From NCBI GenBank assembly GCA_963780265.1, contig CAWABQ010000022.1:8548-72547 (forward strand): a stretch of DNA of 64,000 nt, read 5' to 3'. Below the pieces are notes generated by a model. The model did not search any database, was not told where the DNA came from, and worked only from the letters and a program-made list of their open reading frames with translations. Of the stretch, positions 36,854 to 45,643 are shown one piece after another. Made by a program: the position numbers and the translations under genes. Numbering within the stretch: position 1 is the stretch's first letter; each line of letters begins with the position of its first letter. The DNA is from Candidatus Bathyarchaeota archaeon (GTDB lineage Archaea; Thermoproteota; Bathyarchaeia; 40CM-2-53-6).

Positions 36854-37561
36854 ATGGTCGCAGGGACTAGACGGACACTTACGATACTCGCTCTCCTCTT
36901 TTTCGGATTATTCTCCGCGCCAAACCTGTCGTCGGCCGTCTTTGCGCAAAGTCATCCGGTTGTGGTTTTTGCGCCAGGGACCTCCATGCCGCTCCCCCCC
37001 TCCATGCCGCTTCCGGTTCCGGCTCCTGGCTATGTGCCACACGCTGCCCCTGTTTCAGGAGTGATACGGGTTCTTCTGATAGCCGCCGCTTTCTCAAACC
37101 TCAACTACACGGTCAGTATTGCTACGTTAAAGCAGCAGTATTTTGGAACCCTAGCCGCATACTACCGTGAAGCATCGCTTGGGACGCTGACAATTCAGGG
37201 GGATGCAATCGGTTGGTACAAGCTTCCCTATCCCGAATCGCATTATGGAATGGACTGCCAAGCGATCGACGATGCCGACTGCAGCGGAGCGGACCAGTCA
37301 TGGCAGATTGCACAGGACGCTGCAAATCTGGCCCAGAAAGATGTTGACTTCACCAATTACGGTTATTTCGTCTTCATACACTCTGGGAATGGTGAGGAAT
37401 CTTCAGGCGTGAAGAGTGACGTATGGTCAGTAACCTACCTTGGCGGAGTGTGGGTTAGAACAAATTCGAAAACTCTCACAAAATTCAACATTGACCCGGA
37501 ACTTGAAGCCGGTGGGCCGTACCTAACGGAGTCTGGGTTCACGAATTCGGACACAACCTAG
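36854..37561 (+). CDS. secreted M6-like (immune inhibitor A-type) metalloprotease, N-terminal fragment (frameshifted)
   Basis: Signal peptide MVAGTRRTLTILALLFFGLFSAPNLSSAVFA. The break is at about 37507-37530. Confidence 0.7.
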   Translation: MVAGTRRTLTILALLFFGLFSAPNLSSAVFAQSHPVVVFAPGTSMPLPPSMPLPVPAPGYVPHAAPVSGVIRVLLIAAAFSNLNYTVSIATLKQQYFGTLAAYYREASLGTLTIQGDAIGWYKLPYPESHYGMDCQAIDDADCSGADQSWQIAQDAANLAQKDVDFTNYGYFVFIHSGNGEESSGVKSDVWSVTYLGGVWVRTNSKTLTKFNIDPELEAGGPYLTESGFTNSDTT

Positions 37562-39591
37562 GATTGCCCGATCTATACAACACCAGTACCGGCAAAACAA
37601 TTCTAGGCCCCTGGGAGCTGATGGACAAAGGTTTGTGGAACGGCGCTCCGCCTGGATCAAGCCCAGCCCACATGACGGCCTGGCCTAAACTTCAGCTGGG
37701 GTTCATCAGTGGATCCCAACTCGCAATGGCGAACCTTGGAGTGACAACGACCTTTGTTGTTGATCCAACTGAGATACCTTCAAGTAACGTGCACGCAGTC
37801 GAGATACCGCTCACGAGCAGTTCGGACCAAAGCCATTACTACCTGGTTGAAGTGCGATCAGCGACGGGCTTCGACGCGGCTTTACCTGAGACAGGTGTGC
37901 TGATCACCTACGTAGATGAGAATGCCGTCATCGGTAAAGTACACGTTATGGATGGCCATCCAGGCGTTCCAGACTTGGAGGATGCTGTTTGGAATGTCGG
38001 CCAAACCTTCAGTGACAGTCAGAACCACATCGCCGTAACTGTGACCGGCAAGGTAGGAAATTCCTACCAAGTAACTGTGAATAGGGGCAACGAACAGCCG
38101 CCGCCACCACCGAATCAGAACCAAACAACCTACATCGACCTCGCAATAACAGGAGTCAACGCTCAACCCCAAGTGATCACAAGCCCGAACACGACGGTTA
38201 CCATCACCATCCAAGTATCAGACCTAGGAACTCAAGCAGCAACCAATGTTCCCGTCGGAGTTGACTTGGATGGCCAGCACTACACGAACACCGAGATCAG
38301 CGTAGCCGCAGTTTCTTCAACTCAGACTAGTTTCACCTGGGTTTCAGTCCTCGGAAGTCACACGTTTCAAATAACCATAGATCCGTACCGTACGATTAAT
38401 GACACGAACACCGCGAATAATAATGCGACCTTCACCGTAAACGTTGGACCCGTACTTACCATCAACGTTCCTGGCAATCTAACGTCCGCCGGCAACATGT
38501 GGGTTCTTATTGATGGGGTGAAGTACAATTTGACCTCAAGCCAATTTCAGACGAGCGTCCCTAACGGTACAATAACAGTTCAAATCCAGCCTGCAGTCAA
38601 CACCTCGCTGGGCGTTCGACAATCGTTCACTGGATGGTCAGACGGAGACTTAACCAACCCGCGGAAAATCGTGATCACCTCCAACACCGTAATACAGGCC
38701 GAGTACGCGACCCAGTACCTACTCGCCGTCGATCAGAATGGCGGCACAACAACAGCCAGTGGATGGTACACCCCAGACAGCATAGTGAATGTTAACGCCG
38801 CGAATCCATCAAACGTAACGACAAACGCGTCGCGACTAATATTTTCCAGTTGGACCGGAGACCTCAATTCAAATTCAACTTCACTCACAGTCAACATGAC
38901 CAACCCGGTTACAGTGAAAGCAAACTGGATGAAGCAGTACTATGTCACCATAATCTCCCCGACTGGCTCGCCTACGGGCAGTGGCTGGTATAATGCAGGG
39001 AACGTAGCCACGGTGGCCGTTCAATCAATTGTTCAATACTCGAATGGAACCAGACAACTCTTCACGGGCTGGAATTCGACCTCGCTTGGAAACAACCCGA
39101 CAGCACAGATTTACGTAAACGCCCCCACGACACTGCAAGCCGGGTGGAAGACGCAATATCGGATAACGGTAGATTCAGAATACGGAACACCGCTCGGATC
39201 AGGGTGGTACAATGTTGGGTCAACTGTCTCAATCTCCGTACAAAATGAGGTGGACTATGGAAACGCAACACGCCGAACATTCGCTGACTGGACAGGGGAC
39301 TATTCAGGCACCTCACCCAGCATAACACTACAAGCAAATGCGCCGAAGAACTTGACAGCAAGATGGAACACGGCGTACTTGGTCACCTTCATCGTTAATG
39401 GTGTCTCAAATTCAACAATTCTCAAACTCAACCTGAACAATTCGTACCATGACCTGTCAGTCAACAACAACTACCATTTTTGGTTCCAAAAGGGTACCAC
39501 GATAAACCCCTCATTGAACCAAACGATAATTGACGGATTCACTGTTCACCAGTTCGCCGGATGGAAAAACGCAGACGGGAGGGACAATTGA
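37507..39591 (+). CDS. M6-like metalloprotease: catalytic motif, CARDB-like domain and GSGWY repeats (the track ORF starts at 37564)
   Basis: Frame 1 reads GVWVHEFGHNLGLPDLY (HExxH at 37540-37554). A CARDB-like segment follows (TVTITIQVSDLGTQAATNVPVGVDLDG...NDTNTANNNATFTVNV). There are at least 3 tandem ~75-aa repeats containing GSGWY. Confidence 0.75.
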   Translation, partial: SRWAVPNGVWVHEFGHNLGLPDLYNTSTGKTILGPWELMDKGLWNGAPPGSSPAHMTAWPKLQLGFISGSQLAMANLGVTTTFVVDPTEIPSSNVHAVEIPLTSSSDQSHYYLVEVRSATGFDAALPETGVLITYVDENAVIGKVHVMDGHPGVPDLEDAVWNVGQTFSDSQNHIAVTVTGKVGNSYQVTVNRGNEQPPPPPNQNQTTYIDLAITGVNAQPQVITSPNTTVTITIQVSDLGTQAATNVPVGVDLDGQHYTNTEISVAAVSSTQTSFTWVSVLGSHTFQITIDPYRTINDTNTANNNATFTVNVGPVLTINVPGNLTSAGNMWVLIDGVKYNLTSSQFQTSVPNGTITVQIQPAVNTSLGVRQSFTGWSDGDLTNPRKIVITSNTVIQAEYATQYLLAVDQNGGTTTASGWYTPDSIVNVNAANPSNVTTNASRLIFSSWTGDLNSNSTSLTVNMTNPVTVKANWMKQYYVTIISPTGSPTGSGWYNAGNVATVAVQSIVQYSNGTRQLFTGWNSTSLGNNPTAQIYVNAPTTLQAGWKTQYRITVDSEYGTPLGSGWYNVGSTVSISVQNEVDYGNATRRTFADWTGDYSGTSPSITLQANAPKNLTARWNTAYLVTFIVNGVSNSTILKLNLNNSYHDLSVNNNYHFWFQKGTTINPSLNQTIIDGFTVHQFAGWKNADGRDN

Positions 39592-39799
39592 AGCACCATT
39601 GGTTGTCAACGCCCCCGGAACGTATGTGGCATCGTACTCAACCTCCTTCACACTTCCTCCAATACCCGGATTCCCAACCGAGGGAATTATCCTGGGCATC
39701 CTTATCGGGATGCTAATGTTGGCAGCCATTCGAAGACGTAGGCATGAAAAGCCGAACTTTGATAGCCGCCTGTCCGGAACGCAGGAAGCCATCAACTAA
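39530..39799 (+). CDS. C-terminal sorting-signal fragment of the M6-like protease
   Basis: The join at the G-runs 39577-39583 gives ...GWKNADGGTIEAPLVVN.... The end is LPPIPGFPTEGIILGILIGMLMLAAIRRRRHE, i.e. PGF/PEF-type motif, TM helix and basic cluster. Confidence 0.65.
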   Translation: MTDSLFTSSPDGKTQTGGTIEAPLVVNAPGTYVASYSTSFTLPPIPGFPTEGIILGILIGMLMLAAIRRRRHEKPNFDSRLSGTQEAIN

Positions 39800-39803
39800 G
39801 AAC

Positions 39804-41984
39804 TTATGCAGCTAATCTACGGTTCTTAGATTTGGTAAGGAACACGATGCCCCGCATTTCCTCGACCTGGAAACGTATCCAATTGTCGATGTAGGGTTTA
39901 TCCCGCAGCTTCTTGATCCTCAACCGCCTTCTTTGGCCCACCCCCGACTCCTGCAGCTGAGTCTCTATCACACAATCGGAAAATTCCTCGAGCTTTGTCA
40001 TATCCTCGCTCTCGATGCCCGTGCCGACGGTTACGCAGAATTTTCCGTTATTTGCCTTAACCTTAGCTGCCACTGATTGAAGGAAATTAATCAAGTAATC
40101 AATACGCAATGCGGTGATTAGCGGGTTTAACGAGTCAAGATAGACGTCTGCTTTGGGACCTGCGATCTCAAGGCACTTTGTGATGTTCAAACCCAAGTTC
40201 GTCAAGTCTGTGTGTGAACCAACTGAAAATTCCTCTTTTGACGAGCCTCCTCCAACCGCGGAATAAGCATCGATGAAAATGACTCTGCCGTTTTTCAAAT
40301 CGGCTTCGGTACAAACTCCGAGCTTGATGAGGCTTTCGCGGATTTTGTCCGGGTATTCGGTGTTGGTGATGTATACTGATTTGCCTAAAGCCAAGTGCTC
40401 TCCTGCCAAAGAGTTCAACAAAACAGATTTGCCCGAGCCGGAGTTGCCTGCTATGGTTGTGAAACATGCTTCGGGTAAACCACCATGGGTCAGCTCCGTG
40501 AAGTACTTGAAGCCCGTCGGATAGAGCTTGCCCCTCCTCCTCCGAATTAGCACGACCGACGCGACGGATATTATGGCCAGCGTGGCGATGACAGTGATTG
40601 TCCGATGTGGGAACGGAACCCTAACAATTGCTCCACCGTTTGCTATCACATTCAATGGCGACTGATATGTAGCGAAAAAGTAGTCTGCGCGAACGGTATA
40701 GTTGCCCCCCGGGATTTTCTGGAAGTTAGCAACGCCATCTATCCCAGTAAGGACATCCTGAACCACGGATTTCTGGGACAGCGTGACGTGAGCCGCAGGG
40801 ACTGGTAGCGCGAGCAGCGGTGTGTCCATAACTATCCGGACTGAGATATCGTAGAGTGCCAGTCGAAGTACAAACATTGAAGCGCAGTCGATAGAGGGAA
40901 GAGGTAGAAACGTTTGTGTCCCAAGCCAGGAGATTGTCAGATTCATCGGACCGACTATCTGGCTTGAAGGTAGTGACAAGATGCCAACACCAGACGCGTT
41001 TGTGGCAGTGCTCCAAACTGCTTCGCCTCCAAACTTTACAGTTAAAGTAGCGTTCGGGAGAGACGTATTATCTGAAGTTACAACTTTAATTGAAACGGGG
41101 AAGAAATTGCTTACCCAGAAATGGTCGGTAAAGGAATAACTATCACCTGAGAGGTCGCGCAGCAGCAAGACTAGCTGCCATTGTCCCTGACTAAACCTCG
41201 AAGCAACCGAAGCCAGGCCTGAGTAGTCAGTGTTGTTCTTGAGGTTGATTGGAAAATTAATGTTCGTCCCGTTGGGAGCTGTCAGCTGAAAGGAAACGTA
41301 TGCGAAACGGTAAGCGCCAACTGAATCATTGACCGCCGCGCCGATTTTGACCGCCGCGCTGCCCCCAGCATCTGCTTGAAAGATTCTGCCGAAACTATGT
41401 TCTCCTTGCAAGCTCAGGTCGGCTGTTGTGGGCGATAGAGTTGGAAGCCTGAGACCTGTCGGAGCCGCCGGGTCGTCCCACACAAGCAGCGGCGTTCCTG
41501 AGCCTGATGTTTGAAGAACCCCGATGTGAAGTACTATTGCCGAGCCTGTTCGGAATTGGTAGTCGATAATTCCAACTCCAACGGTCACTGGCAAAATCGT
41601 TGTTCCCAACCTGATCGGGCCTGTGTCCACGATTGCAGAGGGGACCGCGATTTCTGTTCCTCCCTTAGGGAGTTCAGCTAGCCGTAAGCCAACCGTTCCG
41701 AAGAAGGCGTTGCTAGCCCGCAGGTATACTGTGAATGTTATGGCCCCGTAGATCCGCAGATTGTCACCAAGCACCGGGGTGAGCCTGAAAGTGATTCCTT
41801 TACTAACGTCGGCAGTTTTCTGGCCCGTCGGTTGTGGGAGGGCGTTAAGAATCGTTTGGTCCCCGTAAGAATGAGCGTACAGCGTAATGTTATGGGACGT
41901 AGGCGTAGGCTGGGCTTGCGCCCCGGCAGCCATCAACATTGGTAGAAGAATGATTGAGATGAGAAGTAGGCATGAGGAGCGCAT
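39804..41984 (-). CDS. single-pass transmembrane protein: large ectodomain plus cytoplasmic KaiC/RecA-like ATPase domain
   Basis: Signal peptide MRSSCLLLISIILLPMLMAAGAQA. The ~440-aa beta-rich ectodomain includes CarboxypepD_reg-like segments. The TM helix TVIATLAIISVASVVLI is followed by RRRRGK. Walker A is AGNSGSGKS and the Walker B-like motif is RVIFIDAYS. The ORF is intact. Confidence 0.7.
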   Translation of the reverse strand: MRSSCLLLISIILLPMLMAAGAQAQPTPTSHNITLYAHSYGDQTILNALPQPTGQKTADVSKGITFRLTPVLGDNLRIYGAITFTVYLRASNAFFGTVGLRLAELPKGGTEIAVPSAIVDTGPIRLGTTILPVTVGVGIIDYQFRTGSAIVLHIGVLQTSGSGTPLLVWDDPAAPTGLRLPTLSPTTADLSLQGEHSFGRIFQADAGGSAAVKIGAAVNDSVGAYRFAYVSFQLTAPNGTNINFPINLKNNTDYSGLASVASRFSQGQWQLVLLLRDLSGDSYSFTDHFWVSNFFPVSIKVVTSDNTSLPNATLTVKFGGEAVWSTATNASGVGILSLPSSQIVGPMNLTISWLGTQTFLPLPSIDCASMFVLRLALYDISVRIVMDTPLLALPVPAAHVTLSQKSVVQDVLTGIDGVANFQKIPGGNYTVRADYFFATYQSPLNVIANGGAIVRVPFPHRTITVIATLAIISVASVVLIRRRRGKLYPTGFKYFTELTHGGLPEACFTTIAGNSGSGKSVLLNSLAGEHLALGKSVYITNTEYPDKIRESLIKLGVCTEADLKNGRVIFIDAYSAVGGGSSKEEFSVGSHTDLTNLGLNITKCLEIAGPKADVYLDSLNPLITALRIDYLINFLQSVAAKVKANNGKFCVTVGTGIESEDMTKLEEFSDCVIETQLQESGVGQRRRLRIKKLRDKPYIDNWIRFQVEEMRGIVFLTKSKNRRLAA

Positions 41985-42228
41985 TACGGTGGCCCCTTCG
42001 TGGTACCCACCCGTCCCAAATTAGGATTACCGTTGTTTGAGTCGGTTTCCTACTATTGAATGCTCAATTGGAAATGCGACCTTATCTCGCAGCGGCTACG
42101 TCGCCGGGAACAATATTCGCGAAAACAGCGTTCACATCACGCTCTACCCTGAATCCGCAGGAATGGCACTTCGGCTTTTCGCGGCATGACAAGATTGGAA
42201 GTATTGATTCAGCGTTCGAATCGATCTA

Positions 42229-42810
42229 CTATACTCGCTTCAGTTCTCGCATACGTTTCAGATTGGTTACAACGGCGCTGGGAATTTCACTGGGACTGTA
42301 CATGCTCAAGTGGTATTCCTCCAAATTCGGCCTTACAACACAAACGTAGAGGTTCATGCCGAGAAATTGCAAAAACGCCGAAACCGCAGCGTGATTTCGT
42401 ATCTGCCGAGAAGGCGAAGTCGTAATTTGGATCGCGCATGGCTTTCCACCTTTGTAAGCCAAAGCATCAAATACCCAGAAACTTGCCACGTCACCCTGCT
42501 CTCGCGACCTCAGCCCTTGCGGCCAGAGGATCTTCCTAAATCCTTCCTTTGGTAAGATCTTCTCTAAGGCTACCTTCTTTGCTGCGAAGATCCTTTCATG
42601 GTCGATAGTTGGGCTGGGTTTTCCCTCAAACCAACCTGAGTAGAGTGTGGATATGTACTTCTTCGCTCTGAGCCGTTCTTTTTCACTGTTTGCACGGTAG
42701 CGTTTTCTTTTGACTTGTTTCTGGCGGTCGCGGTACTCCTTATGGGTCCGCCAGTAGTTTCGATGGTAGCTTCGGAAGTATTGCTTGTATTTTTGGTAGG
42801 GTGTTGACAT
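42229..42810 (-). CDS. basic hypothetical protein (possible degenerate PD-(D/E)XK-like C-domain)
   Basis: The N-terminus is Lys/Arg/Tyr-rich. The C-half LEKILPKEGF...FDALAYKGGKPCAIQITT resembles an Hjc-like nuclease layout but lacks the ExK lysine. Confidence 0.45.
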   Translation of the reverse strand: MSTPYQKYKQYFRSYHRNYWRTHKEYRDRQKQVKRKRYRANSEKERLRAKKYISTLYSGWFEGKPSPTIDHERIFAAKKVALEKILPKEGFRKILWPQGLRSREQGDVASFWVFDALAYKGGKPCAIQITTSPSRQIRNHAAVSAFLQFLGMNLYVCVVRPNLEEYHLSMYSPSEIPSAVVTNLKRMRELKRV

Positions 42811-42872
42811 TGTTGATTGCGTTAATGCGAATTGCTTATTGCTACTTAAATATCGTTCCCCAAGTCGTCCCC

Positions 42873-42946
42873 TTATATATGGTTTGATGGGCCTATCGTC
42901 GCTTGGTATACGTCAAGCAAGTTGACGTAACCGAAAAATTAAGGGA
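42873..42946 (+). promoter_or_regulatory. promoter/leader of the 4.2-kb surface-protein gene: TATA-like box, perfect palindrome, SD-like GGGAG
   Basis: TTATATAT lies at 42873-42880. TACGTCAA-gcaag-TTGACGTA lies at 42909-42929. GGGAG lies at 42943-42947, about 12 nt before the TTG start at 42959. Confidence 0.4.
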
Positions 42947-42958
42947 GAAAAAGAAAAT

Positions 42959-43378
42959 TTGCATAAGAAATTTGCTGCAGGGCTAACAATAGCCATATTT
43001 CTAATTAGCACTCTAGCGATTGTGAGTCAACTGACTCCAGTTAGCGCCCACTTCACATTGGGCGACTATACCTCAACTTCCCCATACCATGCCTGCGACT
43101 TTGACGGGGGACGCCACCAAATGTGTTCAAGCTTCAACAAACAAGTTCACGTGCCAGGCGTAATCGGTTATGTGTGGCCAGGATCTGGCTCAGCCGATTA
43201 CATGGGCCAAGGCCCAGCGCTCGGATTCTCATATGGGAATAACGCAGCGCCAGGCTACATGCCTCCGAACCCCGCGGCGGACCTCGCAGGGACGGGAGCG
43301 CCCCAAAACTGGCTTCAGCTTGACCTGATGCGTACGCTCCATTCGGAGCAGTCCTCACCGGCTCAACCGGTGACTTGA
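42959..43378 (+). CDS. giant PEF-CTERM surface (S-layer candidate) protein, fragment 1 of 6
   Basis: Signal peptide MHKKFAAGLTIAIFLISTLAIVSQLTPVSA. The frame breaks near 43322-43326, and frame 1 continues PDAYAPFGAVLTGSTGDLIF. Confidence 0.7.
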   Translation: MHKKFAAGLTIAIFLISTLAIVSQLTPVSAHFTLGDYTSTSPYHACDFDGGRHQMCSSFNKQVHVPGVIGYVWPGSGSADYMGQGPALGFSYGNNAAPGYMPPNPAADLAGTGAPQNWLQLDLMRTLHSEQSSPAQPVT

Positions 43379-43644
43379 TTTTCGCAGTGAACGCAACCAA
43401 GCTGGCTCATGAGGCGCACTTCACGAGACTCTACATAGCCATCCCACCCGAATTCACCCTACCCGGCGGTGTCGATAACATCGTCACCACCATAACCAAC
43501 AAGTACGGCAACATCATCAATTACGGACACATCAGCCCGTACGACAGATGGGCACCAGGGTGGACCCTTCTGCGAATCGGTGCTGACAACATACCAGACA
43601 GAGCTGTCAGGGTGACTAGTAAGCAAGCCGCAACCCAGGCCTAG
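43375..43644 (+). CDS. giant surface protein, fragment 2 of 6
   Basis: Coding in this frame actually runs from 43324: ...FAVNATKLAHEAHFTRLYIAIPPEFTLPGG.... Confidence 0.65.
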   Translation: MIFAVNATKLAHEAHFTRLYIAIPPEFTLPGGVDNIVTTITNKYGNIINYGHISPYDRWAPGWTLLRIGADNIPDRAVRVTSKQAATQA

Positions 43645-43738
43645 GATCTGGAATCAACTTCAAGAGCACAGGCTTGCAGATACAGTAGGACCGAACGGCG
43701 TTTCAACGACGGGCGGTATCTGCGACCCATGGTACTAC

Positions 43739-44536
43739 GTGAGGATTAACGGTGTCACTGCACCCACAGTTGCTGGAAAATACTTCTTCAAACTATCATT
43801 CCGACACGACGGAGCGGTCGGCGGTGCTACTGGCGCCAGTGCAACCGACTCGTACTTTGTCCCAGTTGAGAACTGGCCAGTCATGCTCGTTAAGGGTGAG
43901 ATTGACCCAGCAATCATTACTGGCAACATAAAGTACGGCGGATACAATGCTTCACTCTACGGATTACCCGTAGAAGAGGCAGGCCAAGTTTGGGCTCACA
44001 TGACGACCAAGCTTGACCCGTACACGGGCAACAAGCTCATCGACTGCTCAACCGGAACACTCATGGCCCCGACTGCAGGATGCACTGATGCCGTTGGATA
44101 CTTCAACGCAACAGCCCACGGCCACTACGAGGTGGAGGGTGTAGCGCCAGGTACCTACGACATCTACGCTGAAGCGGCAGGATACCCACAGTTAGTCATC
44201 GCATCAGGCGTGACTGTTCTGAAGGGCCAATCGCTGCACTTCGACGGATACCTACAACCCGGAGCAGTGATTCACGGCGACATCAACTCCAAGCACCAAT
44301 TCGGAGTTGAGCCATGGCCATACACAGAATACATTAAGGTTGAACTCTACGACCAACCAACCAACAACCACGCACCGCAAGACTCCTCAGGCAACGCACT
44401 CGTACCAGTATACTTGGTCCCCGCTTCCATGTGTTGCGGGTGGTCAAGACAGTGTACCGAGGCGGAACTGATGCGCAAGGTTGCGGTGACCCGCGAACCG
44501 CCAGCCAAATTGCCTTCCCATGGCATGAATGGCTGA
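43739..44536 (+). CDS. giant surface protein, fragment 3 of 6
   Basis: The frame is open from 43616. It contains a CarboxypepD_reg-like unit GHYEVEGVAPGTYDIYAEAAGYPQLV. Confidence 0.65.
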   Translation: MRINGVTAPTVAGKYFFKLSFRHDGAVGGATGASATDSYFVPVENWPVMLVKGEIDPAIITGNIKYGGYNASLYGLPVEEAGQVWAHMTTKLDPYTGNKLIDCSTGTLMAPTAGCTDAVGYFNATAHGHYEVEGVAPGTYDIYAEAAGYPQLVIASGVTVLKGQSLHFDGYLQPGAVIHGDINSKHQFGVEPWPYTEYIKVELYDQPTNNHAPQDSSGNALVPVYLVPASMCCGWSRQCTEAELMRKVAVTREPPAKLPSHGMNG

Positions 44537-45105
44537 CGCAAGACGGGTTCCCAGGAGCAGGCAACGGCTTCAGCTACGACTTCTCACTCTCCGGAGTTCC
44601 AAAGTTCGGTCCAGCACCAGCGGCTAACCCAGGTGCTGGGAGCAACATCAACATGTTGACAACTGACCCAGCAGGAGTTGGGCCAGCACAGAACTGGTTC
44701 GTTGTCGCAGGCTCAACCGCACCATTCCACTTCGAATTCGGCCTCAAGGGTGAATTCGGAGCACCAAGAGACATGAGCGGGGAGGTCCCGCAACTGTTCG
44801 CGACATGGATCAACGGGCTAACGCCCGGAAGATACTATGTGCGAGCATGGACCTTCAGGTATGTCCAATCTGCGCTTGACGGTGCAACATTCCAAGAATA
44901 CCCATTCGACGTCACACCCCAAGAATGGGCGGGTGACGTTACGCTACCAATCGACATCCGCTTGAGCAGCTGGGTGAACAAGACTGTTCACTTCCACGAC
45001 CTGCCAGGCACCATCAACACCGACCCCCTCAGCACGGGAGTTCAAAACTCCTACGACCCCTACATGGTTGGAGGACTCTACGGCGGCCCTATACGGGGAC
45101 TCTAG
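44431..45105 (+). CDS. giant surface protein, fragment 4 of 6
   Basis: ...IAFPWHEWLTQDGFPGAGNGFSYDF...RYYVRAWTFRYVQSALDGATFQEYPFDV.... It ends at an in-frame TAG at 45103-45105. Confidence 0.65.
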   Translation: MLRVVKTVYRGGTDAQGCGDPRTASQIAFPWHEWLTQDGFPGAGNGFSYDFSLSGVPKFGPAPAANPGAGSNINMLTTDPAGVGPAQNWFVVAGSTAPFHFEFGLKGEFGAPRDMSGEVPQLFATWINGLTPGRYYVRAWTFRYVQSALDGATFQEYPFDVTPQEWAGDVTLPIDIRLSSWVNKTVHFHDLPGTINTDPLSTGVQNSYDPYMVGGLYGGPIRGL

Positions 45106-45249
45106 GATCAACGCAGCCTAGCTTCATGGAACGTCACCAACATCAGCAACGGCGAAGGCAGCCAAGCAATCACTTTCTTCGGCTTCAACGACACATGGAT
45201 CGGCGATAATTACGGTATCCCAGCCGGCACATACACACCTTAGGTGTAG

Positions 45250-45498
45250 GTGCAAGGATACTTACAGCAAACCTTCGAACAAGTTTCCGTAACTCTCAGC
45301 GGTAACCCAACATTCATCAGCGACCACATGTATCGAGGCGTAGGCCTCAACATCACGGCCTACAGCGTCGACTGGGAGAGGCCCAGAGTCAACAGGAACT
45401 GGGTCTGGGATGGCGCTGAAATCGACTTCGCAGTACTGAACGCAACGGCACCCAAGTCAACAACATATGCTACGAATGCAATGCTGGCAACGGAGTAA
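45250..45498 (+). CDS. giant surface protein, fragment 5 of 6
   Basis: Same frame as fragment 4, separated from it only by TAG codons at 45103, 45241 and 45247. The stretch between them (SWNVTNISNGEGSQAITFFGFNDTWIGDNYGIPAGTYT) is clearly coding. Confidence 0.6.
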   Translation: MQGYLQQTFEQVSVTLSGNPTFISDHMYRGVGLNITAYSVDWERPRVNRNWVWDGAEIDFAVLNATAPKSTTYATNAMLATE

Positions 45499-45643
45499 CC
45501 GGTGGACTAGCAACTACAGTTCCACCTTATCCAGCGGATACCCAAAGCTTTGAGATCAGCGGCACACCAGGCGTCATATCATATGTGGTGGCGCCGGTAT
45601 CTGTACTACACCTGCTGTCGACCAAGAAGCCAATACATACTTC

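Noticed and set aside
42056-42349. 97-aa plus-strand ORF between the TM-KaiC gene and the 42229 gene.
   Set aside because: It overlaps the 3' part of the better-supported minus-strand gene and has no start context or recognisable features.
45103-45249. Three in-frame TAG codons in the giant surface-protein gene, considered as pyrrolysine or stop-codon reassignment/readthrough.
   Set aside because: TAG is the ordinary stop of several well-defined genes here: 1788-1790, 4452-4454, 12948-12950, 21320-22 and 47180-82. No Pyl machinery or methylamine methyltransferase is in the window. Around each TAG an alternative frame gives more protein-typical sequence, so paired indels are the simpler explanation.
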